This document shows, one piece after another, positions 26,002-40,222 of a stretch of DNA of 64,000 bases; the first letter of the stretch is position 1, and each line of letters begins with the position of its first letter. The notes under the pieces are model-generated. The model was not told where the DNA came from. It made no database searches and saw nothing but the letters and a program-made list of their open reading frames with translations. Location: contig OY253675.1 of the NCBI GenBank assembly GCA_958009085.1, forward strand, positions 310,001 through 374,000. Direction: 5' to 3'. The position numbers and the translations under genes are program-made. The stretch is from Protoeuglena noctilucae (lineage: Eukaryota).

Positions 26002-29000
26002 ATGAAGCTCTTCCGGCGGCTCAAGAAAGAAGACGAGGCCTGGTCTCCGGCCAGGGCGCCCGTCGCAGCTCCCCGGGGAGAGAATGAGGGTCGCACAGGG
26101 GATGCGAAGCCATTGGGAGGCGCCGGGAGGGCGGGCGGCCTTTTCCAGGTCAATTGCGATGCAATGCGTGCGTTCATGCTCGAACGCCATGCCTGCGTTT
26201 CCTGCGAGCAACGCCTGGGAGGTCACGCATCGTTGTCTCGACGCAGTTGGCGCGGGAGAGCACCCACGACTTCCTTTACCGGATGAAGGCCGCCCTCGGC
26301 AGTCTCGAGGACGAGAACGAGGCGCAGGTGAGAAGAGGCGGGGGCTTCGCGTTCTCGTCGCGATGACATCCCGCATCGTGTCTCAGCGTGCCTGCGTGCT
26401 GCGCCCCAGAAGACAAGCAGCGTCCGGCGCCGCACGTCGCAAGGCGCGAGCGAAGAGTCCGTCAATGTGGCGAGCCGGGCGGGAGCGAGCCACTGGGGCC
26501 CGCGGTCGAGGCAAGTTGATGCGCAACACCGGCAGATTGCACGCTGAGAGGCTGGCGACAGCCGCGTAAACGCGTCGCGCGCTTTTTCCTCCACAGTCCC
26601 GGCCGCGAGTACTCGGCGGACTCGTACACGGACGCCGCGAGCGTGACTCAGGCGGATGCCGCAACAGGCGACCCCGACCAGCACGACGGCGAGGAGAGCC
26701 CAGGGGAGGGGTCCGGGAAAGCCTTAGAGGGCCTCGTGAGCCTGCTGCGGACACGCAGCGCACAACTGCACGAGAAGCACGTTTTGCGGGGGGCCGAGGG
26801 GGCAGCGGGCGGCGTCGGCGGGGGTCATGGGGATGTGGCACCCGACAGGGCACAGTTACATGCAGAGGGCCAGGGAGGTTCAAATGAGGGAGGATTGAGT
26901 AACTCAGGCGCGCAGGGGTCGTCTGGGCGTCCGCGGAGCCGCCGGGTCGGTGCGGGAGGCATCAACGCGCCGCGAGGTGCGGGGAGCAGCGGGGCGACGA
27001 GCGAGCCACCACCGGGCATGGAGAGGATTTTCTCGCAGCCGGGGGTGGACACGGCGGACTTCGATCAGCAGATGGAGGTGAGGGATGATGCATGGGTGTG
27101 GTGGTGGGTGGGTGTGGGCACCTCACCTCCAGTCTTTGCATGCGCGTGTGCCCACATATGCGACCTTGTAAGTTTCTGTCAACACAGGAGTTCGAGCGGA
27201 TCGCCATGCGGGTGGCGGAGCGTCCCGAGCCCCCAGAGTGGCGCCGCGAGAGGCTGCAGCGCTTCCGGTCCTCCGGCAATGCGGACAGCAGCTGGCAGAG
27301 CGGGTCGGGACAGCGCGGGCGGCCGAGGGAAGCGGGCGACGAGGGGGGACGGCCCAGGGGCAGCAGCGAGGTGCAGGGGAGCTGGGGGGGGGACCCAGAT
27401 GCCGCCGTGGCGCTCAGCAGGCTCAGCCTGGACGCACGGCAAGTGCTGGGGTGAGTGGCAGCAGTCAGCAGGCTGAGCCTGAGCAGTGCATGGTCCGCTT
27501 GTGTTATAAATCACAATCGTGTTTGGTCCACTTACTCAGCACTGATGTCGCATTATCTTTGATCACAGGAGGGCTTTGAAGGCCTCGCTGACGTCAGGAA
27601 TCGGTGACGGCCCGCGTGGCAGAGGGGGGGCGGAGGCGGCGACTGACAGCGCAGTGGGCGAGCGAGGGAAGGGCGTTAGGAAGGCCAGCGACATCAGCCG
27701 CAGCGCCTCCCGAGCCCCCGCGCCCTCCGCACGCGCCAGTGAGGCTCCGGTCCGCTCGACTTTCAGCCTGCGGTCGGCAGCGGGGGGCAGCGGGCGGCAT
27801 GCGGGTGCGGGGCTTGCCGAGGGACAGACCGAAGGGCTGCGAGGGGATGGCGGGGGCAGGGACGGCGGGGGCACACCAGCAACCCCCCAGACAAAGCACA
27901 GAGAGGTTGGGGACACTCCGCCTGTCCATGCGGCTGTGTCGGGAACGCCGGGGTACCCCCCCGGTTCTCAGGGTGGGTGGGCATCGGATGGGGGGGCGAC
28001 GCCGAGTGTGGCGGGGGGCGTGGCGATATCAGACGCAGGCAGCGCCACCCGGCCTGCGAGAGGCGAGGGGGTGATGGGAGGACGCGAACGCGAACGGCGG
28101 ATGGGTGGTGGGGCAGCTGAGGGGACGCCTGAGTCATTGCAGGTGTCGATGGGTGGGAAGGCAAAGTCGCAGGCGAGTGCTTCAATGGGCAGCCGGCAAG
28201 CGGACTCTCTGCGTGGCTGGGCGTCCACGGCAGACGGGCCTGGGAGCGCGGGAGCGCGAGCGACGGGGCTGACAGCTGCAGGGGCTGGTGGCGGTGGTGG
28301 TGGTGGTGGTGGTGGTGGTACGCAGGGCCTGGTGATGGGTTCGACTCACGACAGCGTCGCGGGCGAGGGGTCCGGGGCATCCCCTACTGCCGAGGAGGCG
28401 CGCAAGCTGGTGGCGGAGGTGCGGGCGTTGATGAGGAGGCTAGAGGAAGTGGCTCCCAGGTTCGCCTCTAGTCGGGGTGCGGCAGACGGTGGGGGTGCAG
28501 AGATAGAGGGAGAGGAGCAGGCGCGGCTGGTGGCGCAGTTAGAGGCTGCAAAGGAGGCATTGGGCACCGTGTCTGTACGGCAACACGTGGGAGGGTCTGG
28601 GGCGGCAGGGGCAGGGGCGGCGGGGGGGTGCGACGTGATGAGCGCCATCGCCGCCGCCCGGGGAGCCATCGGCGTGGCCGGGGACGCAGCGGGGGCTGTT
28701 TCTGGCACGCGGCCTTCGCCAGTTGTCGGCACGGCTGGCCTGGTGGGGCCGCGGGCGACGCCCGATGTCGCCCTCAGTCGCCCCGCTGCATCGACACCCT
28801 ATGCCACCCCAGATGTGACACTCGATGTGACACCCGGTATTATACCACACGCACCACCCAATGTAACACGAGATGCGGCGCTTGACGTGACCCCCCCGCC
28901 CCCACCACTGCCATCTGCCCTGGCGGGGAGTTTGGGGGGAGCGACTGGGGGCTTTAATGACTCTGTTGGTGCCGCTGAGCTGGTGCCGCCCCCGCCCGTC

Positions 29001-31853
29001 CCCAGCGACGCCCTTCTGCGCACCGGCAGCACTGCGGTGGGGAGCGAGGAGGAGTCGCAGTTGTCAGCATGTGCGACGAGTGAGGGTGAGGGCGGTGGGC
29101 GTGTGGGTCAGGGTGTGGGTGAGGGCGGCAGTGACGGCGACGAGGGTGTGAATGACCAAAGCATCCTCCCACCCATTCCTATCCCGGAGAAGCTACTGCT
29201 CGACTCTGCAAGGGGCATTCAGCCTCGTCTTTTGGGAGCTGATAGAGTTGACAGGCGGGAGGGGCAGTTGGGGGCGAAGGAGGGTGCTGCGATGGGGCGG
29301 GGTGGGAGAGCAAGCATAGAGAGGGCTGGGGAGGGGAGGGCGGTGCATGCAAGCACAGCGGCAACTGCCGATGCAAGGGATGACCGGAGTGGTGGCATTG
29401 GGCTGACGGATCCAGCTGCTAAGAAATCAACGTCTAATGTCGCCCTGCCGACTGCGGGTGTGGGGGCCGTGGGGTCCGGTCAGCCCGGTGCGGGCGAGGG
29501 CGCGCCTGCTGCCCAGACACCGGGCGCCGTGCGTCACTCTCTCCTGCATTTGCGGGAGATCTCGCGGGCCGCTTGGTCCCGGAGAGCCGTGGCGGGAGCG
29601 GTTACTGACGGCACCGGTGCCAGTGCCAGTGCCGGTGCTGCCGATGGGGTGGCAGCGCAACCAGCTGTGAGCGGCGCTGATCGTGGCGACGGCTATGGTG
29701 CCGACGCGGCTGCTGCCGATGCCGATACCGATGCCGGCGTTGATGCTGGGGCGTCGGCAGCTGGCCAAGCAAGCGCTTCACAAAACGGCGCGGCCAGTGC
29801 GGCCATACCTGCTAGTGCAACGAGGGCGGTGGCGGCGGAGGGTGGTGGCCAGCATGATAGCGCCATGCACTCTGGCGACCCTCCCACGCGCGCTGGGCCC
29901 AAGCAGGCGTGGGTGGTGGGGCAGGGGGAGGTACAAGAGCAGAAGACCAAGGGCAGCTTACCCTCCATGGTGAGTGAGCGGGTGACAGGGGACGGGCACA
30001 GTGAGTTGGCGTTAGATAGCTCTTGTCATCGGAACTATGGGTATGTGTATCTATTGCTGATATACATACACTCGCATTGACACTCTCAGGACTACGAGTC
30101 TGCCACGTCGCGGCATCCGACGCCCGAACCTCGGGGCGGCCCCAACGATGGCGCCCGGGGCAATAACAGGGGCGGTGACAGCGGTGATGGTGGTGGCGAC
30201 GACCAGGGCCGCTCTCAGCCACCGCTGCGGCGCCCGTCGCTTCGTGACCGCCTGCTGCGAACGCCGCTGGGCAGAGCGCGGATGTCGCAGGGCGTGGCGA
30301 CAGCTACTGAGGCGGCGGGGGCGGCGGGGGATGGGGACGGTGCTGTGACGGGTGCACATGGCGGTGCGACGGAGGGCGGGGTCGGTGGGAGAGCAGTTGG
30401 TAGCGGCGATGTGGGGGAGGAAGGTGGAGCGGGGGCGGTGCGGCGTGACCTGCGATCGGCGTGGGGTGAAGAGGGGGAGGGGGAGGGGCATGGCGTGGGG
30501 AACGACAGTGCAGTAAACGACGGTGTAGGGAACGATGGGGATCATGGTGACATGGCGACGCCGCAAGAGGGGATTAGTGAAGCGGAGGGAGGGGACGATG
30601 GAGGCGCAGATGGGAATGTGGGCGAGGTGGCGGGGGTGGGTGGAGCAGGTGGGGTGCGTGGGGTGGGGCGATCGATGCGACCCACGTCACCCATCACACC
30701 GGGATTGGAGAGACTGCGGCAGCTGGGAATGCGTAAGCGGAGCATGCGGGAGTCGCGGTTGGGTGCAGCCGGGCCTGGCGGGGGTGGGGGTGGGGGTGGG
30801 CAAGGTGGCGACGGTGGGGGGTGGAGCGCAGGCGAGGGTGTTGGGGAGGGAAGGAGGGCGGGAGGCAAGGGCCAGGGGCGGGGTGGGCGGGGTGCGGAGG
30901 GTGTTGATGAGTTAGCGGGTCAGGAGGCGGCAACACCGGCCCCACGGGGCAGTGGTGGGGCGGACAACGGGGGTGCGGGTGGGGGTGGGGGTGAGCCGGC
31001 GAGCGCTACTCCCAAGCCCTTCCTGCGCCGGAGCAGCCAGCGTGCGTTGACCACGCACCGGAAGATCAACTGGGAGGACGTGCAGCCCCGCACTTCGTCT
31101 CACATCGACCCGTCGCTCGTTCCTAGAAAAAAGCCCGAGCCCGGCCGCACTCCTTCCGGCAAAGCCTCGGCATCCCGGCCGCAGTGGGGCGCGGCCAATT
31201 CCGATTACTATTCGATTCCACGGAAGGGCGTCTCGGGACGTGCTGCGCTGTCGCCCTATAACGTGCTGCGGGGTCCGGGGGCCAAAGGAGCGGAGGGACT
31301 GGACAGCCCGGGGCAATCGCAGCGGTACTTTTACGTTGAGGACTTGGACACTGCGGGGCCCCCGCGGGTCAAGAGAGACGAGGACCGGCACAGGTGAGGG
31401 GTGCAGGGGTGGGGTGACAGGGGTGGGTGAGGGGCATGGGGTGAGAGGTGAGGGGTGAGTAATAGGGGCAGGGGGTGACTGGTGACGGGCGCTATTGCAA
31501 GCGGTAAGTGGATGAGTGTGACTGACTCCTTACAACCCCTGCGCTGTTGCAGGCAGTAGGTAGATGCAAGTGACTGACTATTAACCAAACCACCTTTGCG
31601 CCAATGCAGGCGGCAACAGGCACCGTTTGTGCGTGCACAGAGAGAGGCAGAGGCGCGGCGGGGGTCGCAGGGGCGTGGCGGGGCGCGGGCGGGGCGGGGT
31701 GCGGGTGCTTCACATGGTGATGGGGTTGACGATGGGGGTGCTGGTGTTGCTGGTGGTGTGGCAGATGACATCCACGGCCCTTTTGATGACATTCGCGCCA
31801 ATATCGGGGAGCTGTTGGCGGACTTGACCAGCCTGCTTGGCAAGGGCGCTTAA
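26002..31853 (+). CDS. Large uncharacterised Gly/Ala-rich low-complexity protein, spliced
   Basis: Frame-consistent exons from MKLFRRLKKEDEAW through an exon of about 2.4 kb (27569 to about 29970), KPFLRRSSQ..KINWEDVQPRT, and a final FDDIRANIGELLADLTSLLGKGA*. Confidence 0.6.
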
Positions 31854-32068
31854 TAGCACTGAACATTGACTGCCACGTGGCGAGGTGCCGTGACTGTAAC
31901 TCTGGTCTGTTGAATAACCCACCGTGTCGAGGATGCCATGGCTCTAAGAGCACACAATCGAGAAAAAGAGAGCCATAGTCACTGTACAATGGTCATTGTA
32001 CGTTACGGAGATTCCAACCAATGTACGTACAAGGTACGTGTTGCTGTCCCATCATCGCCGTCATCCCC

Positions 32069-35000
32069 TCACCGCCCCTTCCGCCGGTCCCTGCGCACCG
32101 CCAGGGCCTCGCCCGGCTGCCCCAGCGCACGAGACAGCGGCTCATTCGGACTCAACTCCACCCTCCTGCGCCCGCCGGCGCCTGACGGGTATGACCCTGG
32201 CCCTGTCAGGGTCTTGCGATGGATGCCAGTAGTGACAGGGTCGGTCCCATGGAGTGTATTCGAATCGGAGGGCGTTACAGGAGCACCGAGGATTTCTGAT
32301 ACGCGAGGGAGGGGCAGGGGATCGTCGAGGCGGCTCTCGGCGCCCAACGCCGCGAACGCCGACCTGCGTGGGGGCATGAGTCGGGACACGAGTGACGGTT
32401 GGTGTTACATGGGTACCAAGGTGGGTGTAGCTGGGACACTTTCATGCAATGCGCGCTTCTCTTTTCATTTGTCATCCCCTACAGCCCTTGCACCTGCCCC
32501 TGAGGTCCTGAAAGACTCTCTGTTGTTCATCCACAGTCACCCCACACAGCCCCATCCCCTGCCCCTGCCCCTCACCTAAGCTCTCTCCTCGTCAGTCACC
32601 CCGTATAGCCGCAGCACTTGTCGAACAAAACAAAGAACTTGCCTCACCTGACAGACTCTCTCTCCTCGTCAGTCACCCCGTATAGCTGCAACACCTGCCG
32701 CAGCCGCATGTCCAGCAACAAGAGCAGCTCGTCTGACGGCTTTCGCCGCATCCGCGCCACGGCGTGCAGAAAGTCGGCGATCTGGGCGGCGCGTATGCGG
32801 TGCATGTTGTGGATGACGTGGCCCTGGGGAGGGAAGGAGGGAAGGTGCGCTGAAGTGGATTTACAATTGGTGCATGTTGTGTTGGATGTGCATCTGAAGA
32901 GATGCCGTTGTGTTGTAGACGATGGCTACCATGCTGTGATGTGTAAACGATGCATGACACACATGAAAGACCTCCTTCTCGCCTGGAAGTGCCTGGCGAG
33001 GTCCGTTTCGATCTTATGGGTGAAGGCATTGGACGCAGCGATGGTCAGCCCCTGGCCCAGGTGACTGAACGCGACATACGCCTCCATCACCCAGTAGGCC
33101 TGGACGCCCCTGCATGTGACGAGGAAGCGGCTGTTGGCATGGGTGTCAGCCTCATTCCCCGAAAAGCCGGTTGATGCTCAACAGCGGCCATCCCTCCGCA
33201 CCGCCCTGCATGCCACGCCCTTTCGAGCTGCATTGTGTACCACTCATCCCTCACCAGATGTCCTGTCGCATCCGCTTGGCAACATTGGTCAGGAACGAGT
33301 CCTTCGCGTTCGCCGCCGTCATCTCCCTCTCTCGCCCACGCAGCCTCGTTGTGTGTGCCAATCCCGACACCGCCAGAGCTAATGGGTATCCCAGGCCCTT
33401 CGACTTGCGGCTGTTGTTTGGTCGCGAAGCATTCGCCTCGTCTGCGTCCCTCAACGCCTCCTCCACGCGCTGCGGGCCAAGGGTATGTGCTGATTTGCCA
33501 CATGGCACGGCCCAGCACGAGCGTCTCTAATTGTCCCAAATCAGTTCTGTTTAACGTTAATTCAGTGGAATACAAAACACAGAGGTGCCTCGCAGTGACG
33601 CAGGTGCCTCGCAGCGACGTACCTGCTCGATTCTCTCCACGGCTGCGTCCGACAGGGCCACGCCCGCTGCTGGGGCAGCGTGGGCCAGCGCGCACACCAG
33701 CGCCAGGCGCAGCGATGTGGGATCCCGATTGGAAGATGCCGAGCCCCGTGCGATTCTCTCCACGCCCAAACAAGAGTCCACCAGCGAAGACAGCCGGTCC
33801 TTGACACTGTGTAAGGGCAGAGAGATGGGGGAAGCGCGTCGTGGGCTGCTTCACAAGCGCACCGTAGCACCCAGTCACACAGCGCAACAACCGCCGGGAT
33901 GAACAAGTCGGAACGCGCAGGAGTTAGTCACATCGCGCAGCACCTGTCTCTTGGCTCGTAGCTCAGGGCAGGCAGGCTGTCGAGGACTTGGCACAGCAGG
34001 GCAGCGGCGTTGGATCTTCCCCGCTCGTGAGCGAAGCCCGGGAGGTTTTCCGTGAACGTATCGAGCGCAAATGAGACGAACAGCTCCGGCGCGGGGACGC
34101 CTAGGCGCGACAGCGACTGCAGCACCGGTCCGAGATCCGCCGGGCTCCGCAGCAGGTCCTGCGAGGGCCGCTGCGGTCGAACATTCAGCGCGAATAGACC
34201 GCGATGCGAGTTTTAGAGGTTATCTCAAGCGTGCAGCAATTGCTTAAATGTCTGCAAGGACAGCCACGTCCCTGCTCATCAATGGGCACGCCCGCACCTG
34301 TGCGCGTGCCAGCAGCCGGTCCAGGAGGTCTTCACGCACTGGCAGCCGAGAGGAGACAAACTCCTCGTTCTCCTCTTCCCCTGAGGCGAGAAAGGGGAGG
34401 CATTGGGCATTCTCAGTTACAATGGTCCGGACATCAGGCCTCGATAGCACATAAGGCAACAAGTGGTCATTGGGCCCGCTTGTATCCCGAATCTGACACC
34501 CAGCGACACCCACCGTGTCACCACATAGACAACATCTGCGCCCATCACCTTCAGGAGCCGTTGCTAGCAGCCCCAGGGCCACGAGGTGCTGGTTGACGTG
34601 CCGCCCCTCCATCCGTTCCAAAAGTCCAGGCGCGGTGGCGTGCTCGAGCACCGCGTTGAGTGCTTGCTCTGATAGCTGGTACTGGATCAGCCCGCAGGCG
34701 TGCAGGAAGCGACCGGTGGTCGCAGGCAGCGCGGTAGGCATGCGGCGCAGGAAGACGGTCGCCGCGTTGCGCATGACCTCGGGAGGAGGGCGCATGAAGT
34801 ACCTCGCTGCGCGCCAGAGGGAGTTGGAATGCAGTTGCTGCGCGGGTCTCGGCAGGAAACAGGCTGGAAGCAAGCTGCAGCGGGAGCAACATACCGGCCT
34901 GGAAGAGGGCGGTGGCGATCATGACGCTGCTCCTTTCCCGCGTCGTCTCCAGCAAATCGAGGATCACCGCCCGGTACGCCTTAGCCCTGCAGTTAACATC

Positions 35001-35463
35001 AGCGCTCAGGATTGCAAAATGGGAGCATCCCAGTGGCACAGCAACGCCGACGCAGCTCCATCCCCATCAATACCAGTGCACCCGTGCACCTGTGGCTGCT
35101 CGTCAGGAGTTGAGGGTCGATCGCCCCCTGTCGCGCATCGCCGCCTGGGGGGCCACTGCCGCCGCCATGTTGCCAGGGAGCGGCGTTGACGCCCCCGTCC
35201 TCCTCGCGATGCTGGGGGTCGCGAGATGCGCCTGTTCGGCGATCCCGGTCTCTCTGGCGCGCGTCAAACCTATCGAGGACATGGTACCCGTGTTGATCCG
35301 TGCTGTGCGCCCGCCGTGCGGCGTGCCAGGGGTCCCAGGAGCGCCGCAAGGCCGGCAGGCCCGTGGCAAGGGCCGCGGGGCTGGAGTCCACAAGAGCGTG
35401 AGTCCTCAGTTGCCACCTGACTATCTCGCGCAGCCGCTGATACGAGGGGATGCGCGCACACAT
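32069..35463 (-). CDS. Uncharacterised helical-repeat protein, possibly an organelle-targeted OPR/FASTK-like RNA-binding protein
   Basis: Presequence-like N-terminus (LPALRRSW..AARRAHS) and repeated units such as TTGRFLHACGLIQYQLS, VNQHLVALGLL, LGPVLQSLSRLGVPAP and IADFLHAVARMRRKPSDELL. Both ends are approximate. Confidence 0.45.
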
Positions 35464-35884
35464 CAGGGAGCCATGGTCATCACAGTTTGGGCAGCTGCGA
35501 GGAGTGAGACGCACTCGATGGGCACAGCCAACCAGCCAGGGACAGATATATTCACGGCGCCGAGCATGCAAGCATCTGGACGGCGCTGAATTTGCCAGAC
35601 AAGCGGTCAGAAACGCTGCACAGCGCTTGGGGAAGAGGAGACGCGCCGCTGCACTGCTGTCAGACCAGTTGTGATCACACCGCCGCTGCTTGATCGCAGC
35701 TGTGAGGGTGACTGTGCCGTCAAATCGCTGGGACTTGCACCGAGGTCGCACATGCCCACCCCGCGGCGCATCCCGACCTTGGAAGGCAGCCTGGTCCATT
35801 GTCCACGAACATAACTCGGGATAGAATAGGATGGGGGCTGCGCACGCCCAGTGGGGCCCAGGATTGAGCTAGAACTAGGGCGAG

Positions 35885-37946
35885 ATGGCCGGGGCCCTGG
35901 TCGGCGACGCTGGGCAGTCCCGGGACAGCACAGGAGTGCTCCTTCGTCGCACATTTCTGGGCGTCGTGGTCGCGGGGTGAGTCAGCAGATCGCGCCCGGC
36001 GATGGGAGAGCGCGGCGAGCTCGCAACAGTGCCGCGCATCTCGTAAGCTTCGCTCAACGCAGGACGGTGTTTCTTCTCGTCTTCTTCGCCGCGTCGTCAG
36101 AGAATGGATTCAGCGGGTCCTTCCTGACGATCTCAAGCCCGATTCGCAAGCCCCCCGGGGGCCGCCACCACACGCCCGAGCCTTCCCCCTTGAGCGAGCC
36201 CCCGTTGCCAACAGAGACCCCTGAATGGCCGGAAACTGGGGGCAGCTTCCAGGCCCTCGTGAGTGTGCCGGGCGCGAGGGATGCGATGTTTAAAGGTGTA
36301 ACACAATTGGGCCACCGGTTGTATGCCCCGTGCTAAGGGCGCCACGCCTAACGCATGCCTTAACGAACACAGCCGCTCTACCGCCCTCGCAGCGTCGGGC
36401 GGAGGCGGAGGGCCTCGTTCTCTTCCACAACTGCGAAGACGCTCTCGCGGCGAGGGAGGTGGTTCTGTTCTCGGTGCACCCGGGTTCGTGGCGGGACCTG
36501 TCTCAGAGCGAATTTGAGCACCTCCAGAGAGCCGCCGTGCCCGGGAATCGCTCCGTGGCGATTCTGTGGGACCGCAGCGGCGCGAACATCTCGCTCCCGA
36601 GCCCCCTGCCACCCAACACGTGCGTCGTATCGGTGCCGCTCTTGCGCCTGATCCAGGCGGCGGTGCGAGACGCCGTCACCTGGCACGGCTGGTCCTTCCA
36701 GAGCATCTACTTCCTCTCCGGCGCCACCACTGCTTTGCTCCGGGGCTCGTGGGTGAGGATCATTGGCCCCATGCATCGAGGCTGGGTGCGCTGCGCCTGG
36801 TCTCATGTAGCTGCCTTGATAGAGCTGCCCCGTGTCAGCGGTCTCTCCTGATATGTGGCTCTGTGCTGACATGTATGGTTTCACATTCTTACAACCTCAT
36901 CCCTTTAAATTCCACGCTCGTGTTGCCATCGGCGACCGTCGCAGCCACCGTCTCTTCTCGCCTCGCAACCCTCCACCCTCGCAGGAGCGCATGTGGTTTG
37001 TGGAGGGTGACGTGGCGTTCGTGGGCCCTTGGTCCGCGATCCTGGACAGCCCACCGGACGAGTGCTCGTTGTGGATGCCCCTGCCGGTAGAGAGAGCCAC
37101 CGAGGTGCGTGGCAGACGCGACGCGAGTCCCGCATCGCTCTGCAGCAGAGAGTCACAGGTATGCAGAGAGCCATAGGTGCTGGAAAGCACAGCGAGAGGG
37201 TGGACCGCCAGAGCAGCCAGAGCAAGGGCAACAGTGATCACATGATAGAAAACCTCATGTCTGGACCGATGTGCTTCGTGCCACGCAGGCCGCGGGAGGC
37301 GTGTGGATGTGGCAGGACTCGGTCCGGTTCCTCTCGGGGCCCAACCCGCCCCCCAAGAGCCGCCTGAACGGCTACGTCCAGATCATGCGCATGGACCGAG
37401 CCGTGTGGGGCGCGCTGGCGAAGTCTTACGAGCGCGGGGACGTCATGTATGTCGAGATGATGGTGCCGACCACGTTCATGCTCGAAGGGGATGCGCCAGG
37501 GCAAGAGGCCTTGCTGGCTGGGAGATGTCACTGGTGAGATTGCCACGGGTGGACGCTGGTTTGTAGTACATGTTAGGTAGCAAAACAAGTGTCTTGGTGT
37601 CATTAGATTATTGACGAACACACCCAGCCAGATACCAACCCACACCCACACCACACCTCACCCATGCAGGCCCGAGGTACAGACGGAGATCGCGGCCTTT
37701 GGGTCGGCCCCCATTTCTCGCGTCCAGCGATGGGAGGGCGCCTGCGAGTGTCGGGTACTAGCGAGCGAGGACAGGCAAGAGCTCTTCCTCCTGCACCCTC
37801 TCAAGTCATGCGAGGGAGTCCGCTTCTGCCGATCCAATCGTGCTGTGGGGTGCGGATGGAATCGTGCTCATTGCGGGGCCGCAAGTGCTACTTGGTTTGT
37901 GCAATTATCTCTACACTCCTCAGACATCCAGGCTCATGCAGGGTAG
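35885..37946 (+). CDS. Type II membrane protein, glycosyltransferase-like (resembles DUF3405), spliced
   Basis: Spliced N-terminal transmembrane segment TFLGVVVAG|TVFLLVFFAAS, a Pro-rich stem, then MWFVEGDVAFVGPW, YVEMMVPT and LLHPLK motifs. Confidence 0.55.
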
Positions 37947-38173
37947 GTCGTAGATTAGGTGACTCTTCACTTTTTACCATCCAATTACCCTTCTTCCATC
38001 ACGACGCAAGCGCTGTTCAAACTGCCGCAACCATAAAGAAGGCGCGGATTGCTGCTGCTGCTAGCACATGAGGCGCGCAAGCTGTCGTGGCACGGGAAGA
38101 CAGGAGTGGACCCGGTCAGGCAACCCAACCCGACCCAACCCTTTGGCGAGTCGTGTCTTGCCCTCTTGACTGT

Positions 38174-39614
38174 TTAAGCTACCGGCTGGATCGAGCTCTG
38201 CCCCTGCTGCTTGTCAGAAACCGCACCCGCGGCCTCCACCTGGGACCGGGAAGCGACCCTGCGAGCGCCGAGGGCCAAGTCAAGTTATGGCCACTGTCAG
38301 CGTACGGTGTAGTGCACAGCGCCACATGCACACGCCCATCCCACCCCTTTCCCTCTCTACCCTCCCACAGCAAGACCTCTCATCTCTCCACACCCTCCAC
38401 CTATCCCTCGCCTGTACACCGACCCATGCAGGTGCCCCTCCTCGTCGATCCTCATGGCCATCTTTACCGGCTTCCACGCCACCCGCACCCCAGGCACAAA
38501 CGACGCCAACCGACCGGGGTACTGCTCCCCACAGAGCGTCCAGCCCTGGTTCCCGGGCTCCCAGGCCATCAGGTTGCCCTGAGGATGGAAGACATGGTTG
38601 ATGTAATGAACACGTGAAGAGCACTTGAAGAGAAGGGTGCCAGGTTGGTTCAACCCCACATCCCCACTGCCACCCTCACCCCCACCCCCACTGCTACCCT
38701 CACTGCTACCCCCACTGCCACCCCCACCGCTACCCCCACTGCCACCCATACCACCCCCACACATGCCTCGCCTGGGACGCATACAGGCACCCGGCCGGGA
38801 AGGGCGTGGCGCTGGGCTCGCATCCATCAAGCAGCTCCGGCGAGGTCGCCCACGCGACGATGCCGTCGGGCGTGCAACCCCACCAAAGCGGCTGCGCGCC
38901 CTGAGCGTCCCGGCCTGCCAGCACCCGGTGGTGCCTCGCGTCGTAGATGACGAACCCAAACGACCCGACAGTCGCGGCCAGTGCCACCAAAGCCTCCTCC
39001 AGCAGATCGACGGGACTGGGGTCCGGGAAGGATTGGTAGAACTGCAGCAGCCACGCGGCGTCGCTGGTCTCTGCGTCGTTGCGCATGAAGGCGTCCTGGT
39101 TGGATGCGACGGAGTCGATGCCTGGCCACTGCGACACCTCCCCCGAGAAGAGGACGTGGACGTCGCCCTCGGTGGCGTAGTGGCTGGGGGGGAGAGAGAG
39201 AGGGAGAGCGAGTAGGCGTGTTGGCAGGTGTTGGGGTGGGCAGAGCGCTGGCAGAGTGTTGACAGAGTGTCGGCAGAGCGTTGGCGGACCGTTGGCAGGG
39301 TGGCGGCGGGGCGGTGGTGGCAAAACGTGCTGCGCTCACCAGTACGGCCCAAGCTGGTACGCCAGTGCGTTGCCGTCCGGCACAGCGTCGACAACTTTGT
39401 ACTTCGCGCCCAAAAGCTCGTCCAGGCGATGCTGCTGGAGGAACTGCGATAGAAATGCGGACAGATATGCGCGTCAACGCATGCAGCGCCGCAAGCAGTC
39501 GCCCTGCGGCGTCCCCGCATGCCTCACCGCTTGGACCCGCTCCCTTCGCTCCTTCTCTCGGTCCGCGGCGAAGTATCCGGCGATGTCGCGGGGCACGAAG
39601 CCCTCGGGCTCCAT
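38174..39614 (-). CDS. Wali7/aluminium-induced/TSJT1-like protein (Ntn-hydrolase-like, DUF3700), spliced
   Basis: YATEGDVHVLFSGEV, GSFGFVIYDARHHRVLAGRDAQGAQPLWWGCTPDG, GCEPSATPFPAGCLY and KMAMRIDEEGHLHGSVYRV. Confidence 0.85.
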
Positions 39615-40222
39615 GCCCACCGGCGCCCGGGCCGTCTCTGCGCGCAAAGCGACGCGGCGTGGCTACAAAACCAGATTCGAGTTGTTGAAAAAATTGAGAG
39701 TGAGGAAATTGCGTGCGTCGCGACCAGGAGACGCTGTGTGCGGCGCGATGCCCGGCAAAAGATGCGGGGGTAGTTGGTGTTGAACAGAGGCGAAGCCTGC
39801 GTCTCCGTCGCAGCTAATGGCCCGAGTAGGTCTCCATAAAGTAAAGGTAGTTGGCACGCCTTCCGTCTTCCCCACGCCTTCGCATTCGCGCAAACGCGCG
39901 ACAGCTTTCGCGCGGCCTCCCGATTGCGCACATCCAGCCGGCGGCAGGGACACCATCTCCGCCATCGACGGGTCTGTCGTGAATACATACATAACAAGCA
40001 GTCCTCACCGCCGTGGAAGGCCGCGACGAACGCGCAGTGCGCCATGTTGTCAAGCTCGTGTGCTATCGGTGACGTGGGCCACGATGGAGGCCACGAGAGG
40101 GCCAAGGATAGCTCCGTTGTTTTAAGCGGCGAACGATTGGAATGGCAAAAGCGCAGGCGAGACATTGCGCCCAAGCTTGGGCCGCGAGTGCTGGCAGCGT
40201 CGATGACACGTGTCACATATCG

